Assembly: GCA_964016885.1 (NCBI GenBank)
Contig: OZ024746.1
Location: forward strand, 39,122,001-39,186,000
DNA: 64,000 nucleotides
DNA from: Eledone cirrhosa
Taxonomy: Eukaryota
Reading direction: 5' to 3'
Part shown: piece by piece, positions 41,921 to 55,222 of the stretch
How positions within the stretch are numbered: the first letter of the stretch is position 1
Layout of the letters: every line of letters starts with the position of its first letter
Notes under the pieces: generated by a model
What the model was told of the DNA's origin: nothing
Databases searched by the model: none
What the model saw: the letters and a program-made list of their open reading frames with translations, nothing else
Position numbers and translations under genes: made by a program

Positions 41921-41984
41921 ATGTATGTATGTATGTATGTATGTATGTATGTATGTATGTATGTATGTATGTATGTATGTATGC

Positions 41985-42569
41985 ATGGTCGGGTCGTTGG
42001 CGACTAAACTGGCAACCCCACCAAGGTTTCTTGGTGAGGAGGGTGACTTTGGACATCCTGCAGGACTAAAAACAAAACCTGTCAAAGGGCAAAGGAGCTC
42101 TTAAGAGTCAATGGCCATCCAAAATCACCGGGAGAGATGACCCCTTTAGCCTTAGTCAAGGCAGAATTCTAGGAGAAGGAAAACTCTGATATAACACCTG
42201 CAACCCTGATGGTATCCAATGATGTTGACTTGTTCTTCTTTTTGGTAAATAGCATCTTGGTTAAGAGAGTGGGACGGGCTTTGTGCAGTGCCTTTGCTCA
42301 CTATAAAAGCTTCACGGCACAGGCATTGCTTTATATCTGGAGATCTCTCTGCACTTGTCCTCACATGGGCCCAGCACTATGTGTCAATAATTGTCCTACC
42401 ATGGGCCTAGCACTATGTGTCAATAATTGTCACAGGTGTAGTGTTTGTACCAGAGGTTTCAAGTCGCTGGCTGGACTAAAAAGTCACACTCGTTCAGCGC
42501 TTCGGTAGGGGTTATCCTACATGGATGTAAAGTAGTGGCCGTACTCGAAAACGAGTTGGCAGCCACCAT
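41985..42569 (+). mobile_element. Non-autonomous RTE-derived element in (TATG)n
   Basis: Matches 16206-16762 and retains CSVCTRGFKSLAGLKSH. (TATG)n on both sides. Confidence 0.8.
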
Positions 42570-42570
42570 G

Positions 42571-42601
<31 letters not shown>

Positions 42602-42846
42602 CAAATATTTTAAAAACTATACAAAGAATAGTGTTGTCAGTACTCGCTCTCTCACGCTCTCTCTCTCACACACACACACACATGAATATATATATATACA
42701 TATATATACACACATACATATATGTACACACATACATTATATGGATGTGTGTGTGTGTGTGTGTGTATATATATGTGTGTGAGTGGGGGTGGGGTGCGTG
42801 TGTGGGGGTGTGTGTGTGTGTGTGTGTGTGCGTGCGTGTGTGGGTG

Positions 42847-42894
<48 letters not shown>

Positions 42895-43139
42895 TCAGGT
42901 CACCTGTGAGTGTTACTGGTAACTTGTAACCCAGTACAACCTATTGCATGGACGGTTTGTCGGCGGCGACCAAACATCAGCCTCTCTAAGCCTGCTGAGT
43001 GAGGAGGAAGAGTTTTTAACACACTACCGAATGAAAAACAAAACAAAAAACTGTCAAAGTGTGAATAATCTGAGAAGAGTTAACGGCCTTACACTAGTGT
43101 CGCATTTGCATCTATACACACTAGATATCTAAATAGATG

Positions 43140-43460
43140 TGCAATGGCCTCCTCTGAGGTGAGTTCAGGAAAGAAAATACACAATATATGAAGAACTTAA
43201 GGAAACATGTGTGGGACGAATATGGTATTGTATATTGCTTCCAGGTGAAGTAGGCTGCCGTGTATTTGTGGTGCGATCCCCCTTGTCATATCTGGCTGGC
43301 TTTGGAGTCTGAAAGGAGAGAAGAGAGTTGATTAAAAAACTGGAGAGGAAGGTGGAAAATGCTTCATTAAGGATATGGCAAAAGCATTTCAGTGAAAGGG
43401 CAGACCTGAGAGCAAGGAGTAAACCCTGAGGAAGGAGTGAACATGCTGATGCCTGAATGA
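43140..43460 (+). pseudogene. Decayed HERO/NeSL-like endonuclease C-terminus
   Basis: Translates in broken frames to YEEL..., PGEVGCRVFV (compare PVEVGCRGF) and ENASLRIW. Confidence 0.5.
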
Positions 43461-44365
43461 TGGGAATGGTTACAACAATATGGTAGTGGTGATGGTGATG
43501 ATCGTGAAGACGGTGCTTATGGTGGTCGTGCTGATGGTAGTGGTGATGGTGATGGTAGTGGTGATGGTGATGGTAGTGGTGATGGTGGTGATGGTGGTGG
43601 CTGTGGTGGTTGACTCAATATGGGTGATTAAAGAAGAGACAAGTGATTTGAAATTGCTATAGTGGAGATGGTATGAGATAAGTCAGCTCGAAGGAGCGAA
43701 GGAAACTGTAATAACAACAGTTAAAAAATAGAGCGAGGAGACAGCACGTCTGTGGACGAGCGGCTGGAGTGTCTTAGTGGGCGACTTTATACCAGTGAGT
43801 TGTGTGTGGACTTTGCAGGAAGCGTATCAGAGTGTCTGTATGTGTAGCAGCAGTACTTTTCTCGATGTGGGAGCAACAATTCTTTATGAGATTCACCCAA
43901 GCTTTGTAGAGATAACTTTTGGTAATAACTTTTGGTAATGAAATATAAACTCGCTGGTCTTTAGACATCATCCCGTACTTAATTATGTCTTAGTGACTTA
44001 TGAATGTATCTACCAGTTAATCCCACATTATATAGTTAGACATATTAATAAGGTCATAACCACATTATGTTGCTTTATAAGTCAACCAAAAGATACTATC
44101 GCTGAATTCAAGTAGGATTCTTTGATGGATGTTTCAACAACATATTATAAACGATACAATGTGTCTACTTCAGTTTATTCGAATTGTGATTGTCAGATCT
44201 AATCCGAATTCTAATCGAACTTTAACATAAGGCTTAGATGTGTAGTAAAAGACGTAGTTGGTCAAATAATCCTCAGTATAAATATATAATAGGAATATAG
44301 AAATACTAAATGGACTTTGATCACATAGACATTAGCGCTTGTAATATTTCACGTGCTTGTGTATG

Positions 44366-44415
<50 letters not shown>

Positions 44416-44610
44416 TGTATGTATATATGTATATATATATATGTTATATATATAATGTGTGTGTGTGTGTGTGTATATATATTGATGATTTCTCCGGAAT
44501 GAAACAGTTCTAGTCCTGTAGAAGCCATTTCTATATTAAATATTTATACTCTGCTATGTATTGAGTACCTTATTTACTGTGGTTACGCCCGATTGAACCC
44601 GGAATAAACT

Positions 44611-44673
<63 letters not shown>

Positions 44674-44849
44674 ACAGTCAAACATGAAAAACAAACACAG
44701 AGGAAAACAAAAATTATTATTGCGTTAACGCTTGTATGGGATAGGGTCTTCAACGTATCGGACGCCAATCCTTCGTCAGGAGAGAAATGAGAATGAAATT
44801 GACAGAACACAGGAGGCAATTGTACACAGTTATATTGGTGGAAGTGGAG

Positions 44850-44916
<67 letters not shown>

Positions 44917-44938
44917 ATGTATAATAAACAATACAATA

Positions 44939-45018
44939 TAATTACCTCATTACCAAACGTTTCCCGAATAAGACGATTACAAGAGACGTCCGCATTCGTT
45001 CGTCAGACAAGGCAATTA
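44939..45018 (-). ncRNA. Type I hammerhead ribozyme
   Basis: Reverse complement reads TAATTGCCTTGT-CTGACGA-aCGAAT..GACG...CGTC..ATTCGg-GAAAC gtttg GTA-ATGAGGTAATTA: 12-bp stem I with G.U pairs. Confidence 0.8.
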
Positions 45019-45160
45019 TATATATATATATATATTATATATATATAATATGATTTTTAATGCAATGAAATACCAATGACCGTTGGCAAATCACTGATGA
45101 GGGACTCATTTTATAACATGTTATCCATGTGCAACCATGCAGTATTCTTCTCCCCATATT

Positions 45161-45191
<31 letters not shown>

Positions 45192-45507
45192 AATCAACAT
45201 TCTCAGGTTAGTTAATGACTGGATTAGAAGTGAACTTGTCAGTAACCACCAGTACCACCACCAACACCATTGTTCTCAACTGTAAGAATGACACCTGTTT
45301 CAGCTATGAGGGGGACATAGTTACCTACTGTTGTGACTTGATCAGGGACGTAGTGCTGCTGCTCAGTAACAAAGCAGGAACCGAGGATCCGTCATCCCAA
45401 ACGAGTCGACAAGTTACGACTTTCATGTTTATTCATAAATCTAACCATAAATAAACAATAGAGAAAGAGAGACAGAAGGACAGATAGACATACAGTGACA
45501 GAAAAAG

Positions 45508-45599
<92 letters not shown>

Positions 45600-45696
45600 C
45601 ATGTGTGTGTATGAAAGGGAAAAAGAGGGAGAAAGAGAATATAGTTGAAAGGTGACATACATATAGACATACACAGAGCAGAAAAACAAATTTACA

Positions 45697-45789
<93 letters not shown>

Positions 45790-45948
45790 ATATATCATTT
45801 AACATCCGTTTTCTATATAAATATATATATATATTTATATATATACATACACACACATATATACACACACACATACGTATGTACGTACATACATACATAC
45901 ATACATACATACATACATACATACATACATACATACATACATACATAC

Positions 45949-46510
45949 GTGGCGGCTGCCAACTCGTTTTCGTGTACGGCCACTACCTTATATGTAGGAG
46001 AAACCCTACCATGCGCTGAACGAGTGTGAATTTTTAGTCCAGCCAGCGACTTGAAAACTCTGGTACAAACACTACCATGTGACGACAAATGCAGAGAGAT
46101 CTCCAGATATAAAGCAATGCCTGTGCCGTGAAGCTCTTATAGTGAGCAAAGGCACTGCACAAAGCCAGTCCCACTCACTTAACCAAGATGATATTTACCA
46201 AAAAGAAGAACAAGTCAACATCATTGGATACCATCAGGGTTGCAGGTGTTATATCAGAGTTTTCCTTCTCCTCGAATTCTGCCTTGACAAAGGCTAAGGG
46301 GTCATCTCTCCCGGTGATTTTGGATGGCCATTGACTCTTAAGAGCTCCTTTGCCCTTTGACAGGTTTTGTTTTTAGTCCTGCAGGATGTCCAAAGTCACC
46401 CTCCTCACCAAGAAACCTTGGTGGGGTTGCCAGTTTAGTCGCCAACGACCCGACCATCAGACAAGTTGTACTGGGATACATGTTACCAGTAGCACCAACT
46501 GGTGACCTGA
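45949..46510 (-). mobile_element. Most 5'-complete copy of the RTE-derived family
   Basis: Reverse complement of the family, with (CATA)n on both sides. The 5' start TCAGGTCACC is shared with a diverged copy at 42895-43090. Confidence 0.8.
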
Positions 46511-46885
46511 CATACATACATACATACATACATACATACATACATACATACATACATACTCCTATAAATATTTATATATATCTATAACATAACATAACAT
46601 ACATATATATAGAGAGAGTGAAGAAAGGCACAGCGGGATTTATTACAGCTGTCTTTGTCAATGGCTGCCTTGCTATTTTGAGATTCAGTGTTGTCTTCGA
46701 GGGAGTGGAGTAGAAATGAAGGGTAAAGGAATGGTAAAGGGAAGGAGGACGGGAAGAAATATGAGGAAGGCAAAGTAACAGATTAAATGTATGGGATAAG
46801 GGAAGGGGAGAAGATGCTGGAAGTAATAAATTTACAGAACCCACTAAAAGGGACTTTGCTAGAGTAGTGTTCATGTGGAGTCTCT

Positions 46886-48720
<1,835 letters not shown>

Positions 48721-48722
<2 letters not shown>

Positions 48723-49040
48723 AAGGAATTTATATCTAGTAACATCTATATACACACAGATGCATATCAATGCTAGCAAATATATAGGTTTTGTCTTATT
48801 AACAATGTGGTTCAATGCATGGGGTTGCAGAACAATAATATGAGAGACGTAAAATAAGAAAATTATAAAATTAACTTACTTACTAAAAAATCACTTCCAA
48901 CTAATTAGTTTCTGGAATGGAGTAAATATATTTTCCGAAGAAATTTATATAAAATCATTCCGTCATCAGGAAAGTCTTTTTCCGTATAGGTCTCCAGGCA
49001 TAGCGAGGACACTGGAAACTTATTATTTTACGTCTCTCAT
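48721..49040 (-). mobile_element. Second, circularly permuted copy of the 506-bp family with a short inverted end
   Basis: The reverse complement runs from the hammerhead through the terminal repeat into sequence matching 16995-17112. 49021-49040 is an inverted copy of 48838-48857. Confidence 0.8.
48894..48974 (-). ncRNA. Type I hammerhead ribozyme (506-bp family)
   Basis: Reverse complement reads CTTTC-CTGATGA-cGGAATG...CATTCCa-GAAACTAATTAGTT-GGAAG; stem III region is palindromic. Confidence 0.8.
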
Positions 49041-49051
49041 ATATATATATT

Positions 49052-49201
<150 letters not shown>

Positions 49202-49521
49202 TATAAATATATATAAATTGAAACAAAATGAAAACGAAATTTCATTTCTCACTCTTAGTATGGCACTTACTTAAATGTAAGTATGCATGTATACGTACAT
49301 ACATATATGTATACAGACGTACAGTAGCATGCACATATATATATATATATATATACATATATACATACATATGCATACAGGTACACATACATATATGCAC
49401 GTATCAGTTTAGCGGCGCTAACGTCGCTTTGTTCGTTTGTAAACAAACTGAACAGCCTGAATTTATGCCATACGGTGTTAAGGCAACCACGTCACCTTTT
49501 TGTTCAACACTGACACAGGAA

Positions 49522-49562
49522 CGATGTACTAGTTTCAAGCTTGTTAGCTATCATCAGCACCG
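49522..49562 (-). ncRNA. Minimal hammerhead ribozyme (copy 1)
   Basis: Reverse complement reads CGGTG-CTGATGA-tAGC taacaa GCTt-GAAA-CTAG-TA-CATCG. Confidence 0.85.
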
Positions 49563-49991
49563 TTTACCCATCTGCCAGATAGTTGAACGTTCGAAAGTAT
49601 ATACTTTCCTTATGAAAATTAACGGCTGAGCAGCCTAATTTGCATATTGAGTGAGTTAAATCGGTCAGGCATACCGAAAACGATAAATTGAAACAAAATG
49701 AAAACGAAATTTCATTTCTCACTCTTAGTATGGCACTTACTTAAATGTAAGTATGCATGTATACGTACATACATATATGTATACAGACGTACAGTAGCAT
49801 GCACATATATATATATATATATATACATATATACATACATATGCATACAGGTACACATACATATATGCACGTATCAGTTTAGCGGCGCTAACGTCGCTTT
49901 GTTCGTTTGTAAACAAACTGAACAGCCTGAATTTATGCCATACGGTGTTAAGGCAACCACGTCACCTTTTTGTTCAACACTGACACAGGAA

Positions 49992-50032
49992 CGATGTACT
50001 AGTTTCAAGCTTGTTAGCTATCATCAGCACCG
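49992..50032 (-). ncRNA. Minimal hammerhead ribozyme (copy 2)
   Basis: Identical to 49522-49562, 470 bp away. Confidence 0.85.
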
Positions 50033-50066
50033 TTTACCCATCTGCCAGATAGTTGAACGTTCGAAA

Positions 50067-50105
50067 GTGCTGATGATAGCTAACAAGCTTGAAACTAGTA
50101 CATCG
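50067..50105 (+). ncRNA. Minimal hammerhead ribozyme (inverted copy 3; stem I truncated at the inversion junction)
   Basis: GTG-CTGATGA-TAGCTAACAAGCTT-GAAA-CTAG-TA-CATCG. Confidence 0.75.
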
Positions 50106-50355
50106 TTCCTGTGTCAGTGTTGAACAAAAAGGTGACGTGGTTGCCTTAACACCGTATGGCATAAATTCAGGCTGTTCAGTCTGTTTACAAACGAACAAAG
50201 CGACGTTAGCGCCGCTAAACTGATACGTGCATATATGTATGTGTACCTGTATGCATATGTATGTATATATGTATATATATATATATATATATGTGCATGC
50301 TACTGTACGTCTGTATACATATATGTATGTACGTATACATGCATACTTACATTTA

Positions 50356-50386
<31 letters not shown>

Positions 50387-50435
50387 TTATATATATATAT
50401 ATATATTTATATATTTATATATATATTTATATATT

Positions 50436-50490
<55 letters not shown>

Positions 50491-50513
50491 ATTTATATAT
50501 ATATATATATATA

Positions 50514-50705
50514 TAACGAAGGAAATGTGGTAAGGAACCAGGTGGACCATAACGCACCAAAGTACTCAATACTTAGGGTAGTAGAGTGGGTAATAGGAAC
50601 GAGTAGGACCCCGACGGCTGAGCTCAAGCCGTTTCGACGGCTAATTCTGGACTAAATGGACTAATTTAGTCCAGAATCAGCCGCCGGGGTCCTACTCGTT
50701 CCAAT
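50514..50705 (-). mobile_element. Second copy of the fold-back family, with an independent inversion junction
   Basis: Reverse complement matches 34895-35027, then folds back at ~50655-50665. Confidence 0.7.
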
Positions 50706-50964
50706 ATATATATATATATATAGATAGATATACACGCTCATACATACACACATATACATTCACACATACACGTAAAGATGCACGCACACACACAGGCACA
50801 CACACTGTATCCCCTCTCATTCTACTCTCTCTCTCTCTCCATATATATATATATATATATAACTCATATATATATATTCGATAAAATAAAGTACCAGTAA
50901 TGCACTGGGTATTTGCTTTATTTCATATAGTAGGCCGCCAGTGATTCGATTTTACTAAGTATCC

Positions 50965-51071
<107 letters not shown>

Positions 51072-51219
51072 CCCATTGTATCCCCTCTCGTTCTACTCTC
51101 CCTTTCTATTCCTCTCTTTCTCTACCTTTCTCTCTCCCTCTTATACATGTCTTTGTTCATCTACTTTCACTTTCTATCAGGTCGCTTCTCTTTCAATCAT
51201 TCTATACATCTCCCTCTCC

Positions 51220-51299
<80 letters not shown>

Positions 51300-52580
51300 A
51301 TACTCACACTATTCCATATTTTTTCTTTCCTTTCTTTCTTGCTTCTCTACACTGTTTGTTTTCTAATTATCCCCTCATTTAAGAAAGATCTCACTCATTT
51401 TCAATATCCTTCTTATTCGCTCACATTTCCATTCTTCCCGTCTCTCTGTCTGCTGTAGGTAATTTCTCTCCATTAAAAAAAAACAACAACAAAAACAAAA
51501 ACAAAACATTTAATTATATTTATTTTTTTATATTTCTAATTATATATATATAAACTTCCTGTTTGTAGTCAAGTATTAACATCTAACGTTAGAAACTCTT
51601 TGAAACGCTACAACAAAAATGCGGGAAATGCTTTTGTGGTCTAGTTCTCGGAGCGCAGTCCCAATACCACTGCGCCCTAGGTTTATAGACCATCACCCTC
51701 CCCTTCCCCTCCCATTCTTCTGTGATACTAGAGCCCTTGCCTTTCCCTTTCTTTTCCGTTTTCATAACCACACTTTTTTACAATATATCTATCAGATATA
51801 AGAGAAAACGTGAAGAGAAAAACGTATTTTATTTACTGGTTAAATTAGATAATTATCATAAACTTTAGCTCAATGTTTTTATTATTAGAAGAAGAATTGA
51901 TCTGTCTATTTCTTTTTTCTTTTTTCTTTTTTTTTTCTTCTTCTTCTTTTTTTGTTATTTTGTAAATAACATAACAAGAATTGTAACGTTAGACTTTTTC
52001 CTTCATATAATCTTACACTTTGAAACTATTCGGCTCTCTTTTTTTAACGAATGTCATTTTCAAATCTTCCCGGTAATCGATACCATTGGAATGAACTAAT
52101 GTTTCAGTTCGTATTCTGAGTTTAAGGAATTGTGTAAGACTTTTCAGTTTTTGGTGCAACAACGTATATATTTATGTTATTGTTAATCTATTTTAAAGCA
52201 TTGCTTCTGTTATGCTGTTTGTTAATTGTTGCTGAATTAACGGTTTAAGCATGAGGGCCGGGTAACTTAAATTGATTTGTATTTGATCTGTCCTTATGAT
52301 TTATATCTAATTGCTTTATCTTCGTTTGATTTTGCCTTTTGACTTTCTCTGCATAAATACTAAAGCCACACTTAATGTTTATACTTCCCATTTTCACTTT
52401 TATCGCAATGTTGATGCTCAAACTAAAGCTAAACAAACAAAAGTGGTAAGTAAGTGATAACAGCTTTTAAGGCTTATTAGTAACTAAATGTGATAAGGTA
52501 ACAGCAATTGAAAATACGGATCCAGATAACGCTAGTGTTTGTGTGTATATATTACTTTGTATATATATATAAATGCGTAC

Positions 52581-52634
<54 letters not shown>

Positions 52635-52777
52635 ATACACAAGTACATTGACGTCAGTATCATCATCCTTACAACCGCCACCGTAACTAAACACAATTGT
52701 TCCTTTAAAAGACTACGATCGCAGCTGAAGGAAATATCATAAGGAAAATTATAATAGATATTACAAAAAATATAAGG

Positions 52778-52830
<53 letters not shown>

Positions 52831-53003
52831 TAAACGGAATAGAAAATGCTGACAAATTGTTCACAGTGAAAAATAGTTTAATTAGGAATAAGTGAGAATT
52901 AGTAATAGTATTGGTTAGTATTCAGTTTTGGTTTTAAGTTTTACCGGTTGCGCATTTCTAATGCTTTTCAAAAATAATTTTGAGATAGAGCGTCCGTGAT
53001 GTT

Positions 53004-53089
<86 letters not shown>

Positions 53090-54007
53090 ACTGGAAGGTA
53101 ATATCCGTAGTGGTAGAGAACTCAGTCCTTGGGACGAGTTTGGTACTAACTGGTGTGTTACTACTTCTATATATATATATAAGGATATATATATGTATGT
53201 GTGTATATGTGTGTGTGTTGTGTTGTATTGTTTTTCACACGCGCCTGATGTGTGTGTTTGTGTGTTTTTAAGTATGAGTCTATTATGAAAAGTACGACTG
53301 TGCTCAAGTTTTTCTCTTTCGTCATTTTTATTTTGTTCTGATCAATAGCGTTCCTAGCCCCATCTATATTTCAACACCCACCCTGGTCTCATCTTCTGTA
53401 TGATATGGTTATTAAGTGTCGTGTATATCTGTTGCTTTATTTGTTGTCGAGAATTATGAAAATGCCGTTGTCTTACTTATGATGTCGTTCTCATTGGATC
53501 TGAAAGCTGCTATCTGAAAGTTTTATATTTGATTGCGATTAAAATAGTCTCTCCTGACCAATCTTTTAGTGTTGTGGTGTGAGGGAGACGTAGGAACGCC
53601 GTATTGATATACGAAGTTTCTATGCCATTTTTTTTTTTTTTTTTTTTAACTGGCGGAACCCATTTTCTCTCAAGATCTGAATACACCAGATTTTTTCCAG
53701 AGAAGGATAGATAGTGAGAAAGGGATATTAGAAGAAGAATCTACCCTAGCATTAGACTGGTACTTTTTTATCGACCTAGAATGGATGAAAGGTAAAGATA
53801 ACCTCGACGGGATTTCATTTCAGAGAGCCGGAATGAATATGGCAAAGCATTCTACCCGTCGTTCTAATGACTGCCAATTCACTGCCTCAAATATCTTCTT
53901 TCTTTGTTATCCATCTCCAATTCATTTAGGGAATCTAATCATTATGCCTATATTAAGCCGTCTGTGAAGATGAGTGGAAAGTAGTGTTATTATAAAATAA
54001 AGCACTA

Positions 54008-54230
54008 GGGCGTTGGTTTGGCAGGTTCGGTAGAGGGTCGGACGACATGTTGTGCAGCATAGAGTTACGACCCTTTATGATCTGAGTTCAAATCCTGCCG
54101 AGGTTAACTCTGCCTTTCATCCTTACGGGGTCGATAAAATAAAGTACCAGTCACGCACTGGGTCGATTTAATCGACTTTCCCCTCCCCCCAAATTGTTGG
54201 CCGTATGCCTATATAAGAAACCATTATAAA
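54008..54230 (+). mobile_element. tRNA-derived SINE family 1 (representative). Other copies near 22061, 30540, 33645, 35275, 38690, 38860, 53740, 56252, 56700, 57035, 59968
   Basis: B-box-like GAGTTCAAATCC, conserved GCCTTTCATCC...GGTCGATAAAATAAAGTACCAG core, and TGGCCTTGTGCCTA...AGAAAC tail. A subtype with a different tail occurs at 38860-39190, 53580-53890 and 56550-56790. Confidence 0.85.
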
Positions 54231-55027
54231 ATAAAGCACTAGTAACGCACCGGGCTCGATTTAATTGACCACCCCTTCATATTGCTGACTTTGTGCCTAA
54301 AGTAGAAACAATTATTTTGGCAGGTGAAAGAGTTTATTTCTAAATACAAAATGAATGTCAACTAATACTCAATTGTCTAAATTATTGTTAAACGACACAA
54401 TTATACCAAAACTAACATGTGTTTTGTTGGGTATTCGTTGGTTCCAACGCCGAGTGTTCCTGTTTGAGCACTCTACAGCTATGTATACCCTATCATTATT
54501 CTCAAGGATATTCAATGTGACAAAGTATGTGACAAGGCTGGTCATTTTTTACAGATACGTAATTTTATTAGCCGACTAGACAGTAACAACATGAAAGTAA
54601 GTGCCTTGCTCAAGGAGACAACATACCACTGGAAATCGGACTCATGACCTTACGATCGCGAGCCGAACACCCTAACCACTAAATAACGCACCTTTGCCAC
54701 AGACATATGTACTATATCACTAAAAATATACAACTAACGCCCTTGGTTAAAACAGAAGTGTTTCCACTTCCTGAAAACACCATTTACTGACACCGGTCTG
54801 TTCTCCAGTATTTTTTTTAATCTTGCATAAACAAACGCATTTCCGACAGTTAACTTTATATCGAAATAAGCTTTCTGAATGTCGTATGCTATATAACCTG
54901 GGATTCTTTTCTGTTTAATCTTGAAACAATATCATTTAAAGTTCTTTTCTGAGTTTTCTCTATTATATGAAATATGTTCAAATAGACCCACAACTCTTAA
55001 ACTACGACTTGATAGAAGTGTTTAAAC

Positions 55028-55222
55028 TAGACCTGCCAACCTCTAAAACCGAAATGGGGAGTTCCATGGCGAAAAGTGTCCCCAAAACGGGGAGAAATGA
55101 GACAAAATGGGGAGATTTTACATAATGAAAGCTATAGCTATTTTTACAAGAGAAGACATCTGTCACCCACCACAAAGTGGGTGGGAGATCTCCCCGTCGG
55201 ACGGGGAGAGTTGACAGGTCTG
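55028..55222. mobile_element. hAT-type MITE with an 8-bp target duplication (partial copies at ~32897-32975 and ~34070-34230)
   Basis: TIRs TAGACCTGCCAAC / GTTGACAGGTCTG; GTTTAAAC at 55020-55027 and 55223-55230. Confidence 0.85.

Larger units (their letters stand above)
49213..50356 (-). mobile_element. Non-autonomous Penelope/retrozyme-like element: 470-bp tandem unit plus inverted segment, three hammerheads
   Basis: 49213-49597 equals 49683-50067. 50067-50356 is an inverted copy. (TA)n on both sides. Confidence 0.88.

Noticed and set aside
45215-45454. Possible host exon (79-aa Cys-containing ORF)
   Set aside because: No recognisable domain or convincing splice context; needs RNA-seq or BLASTX.
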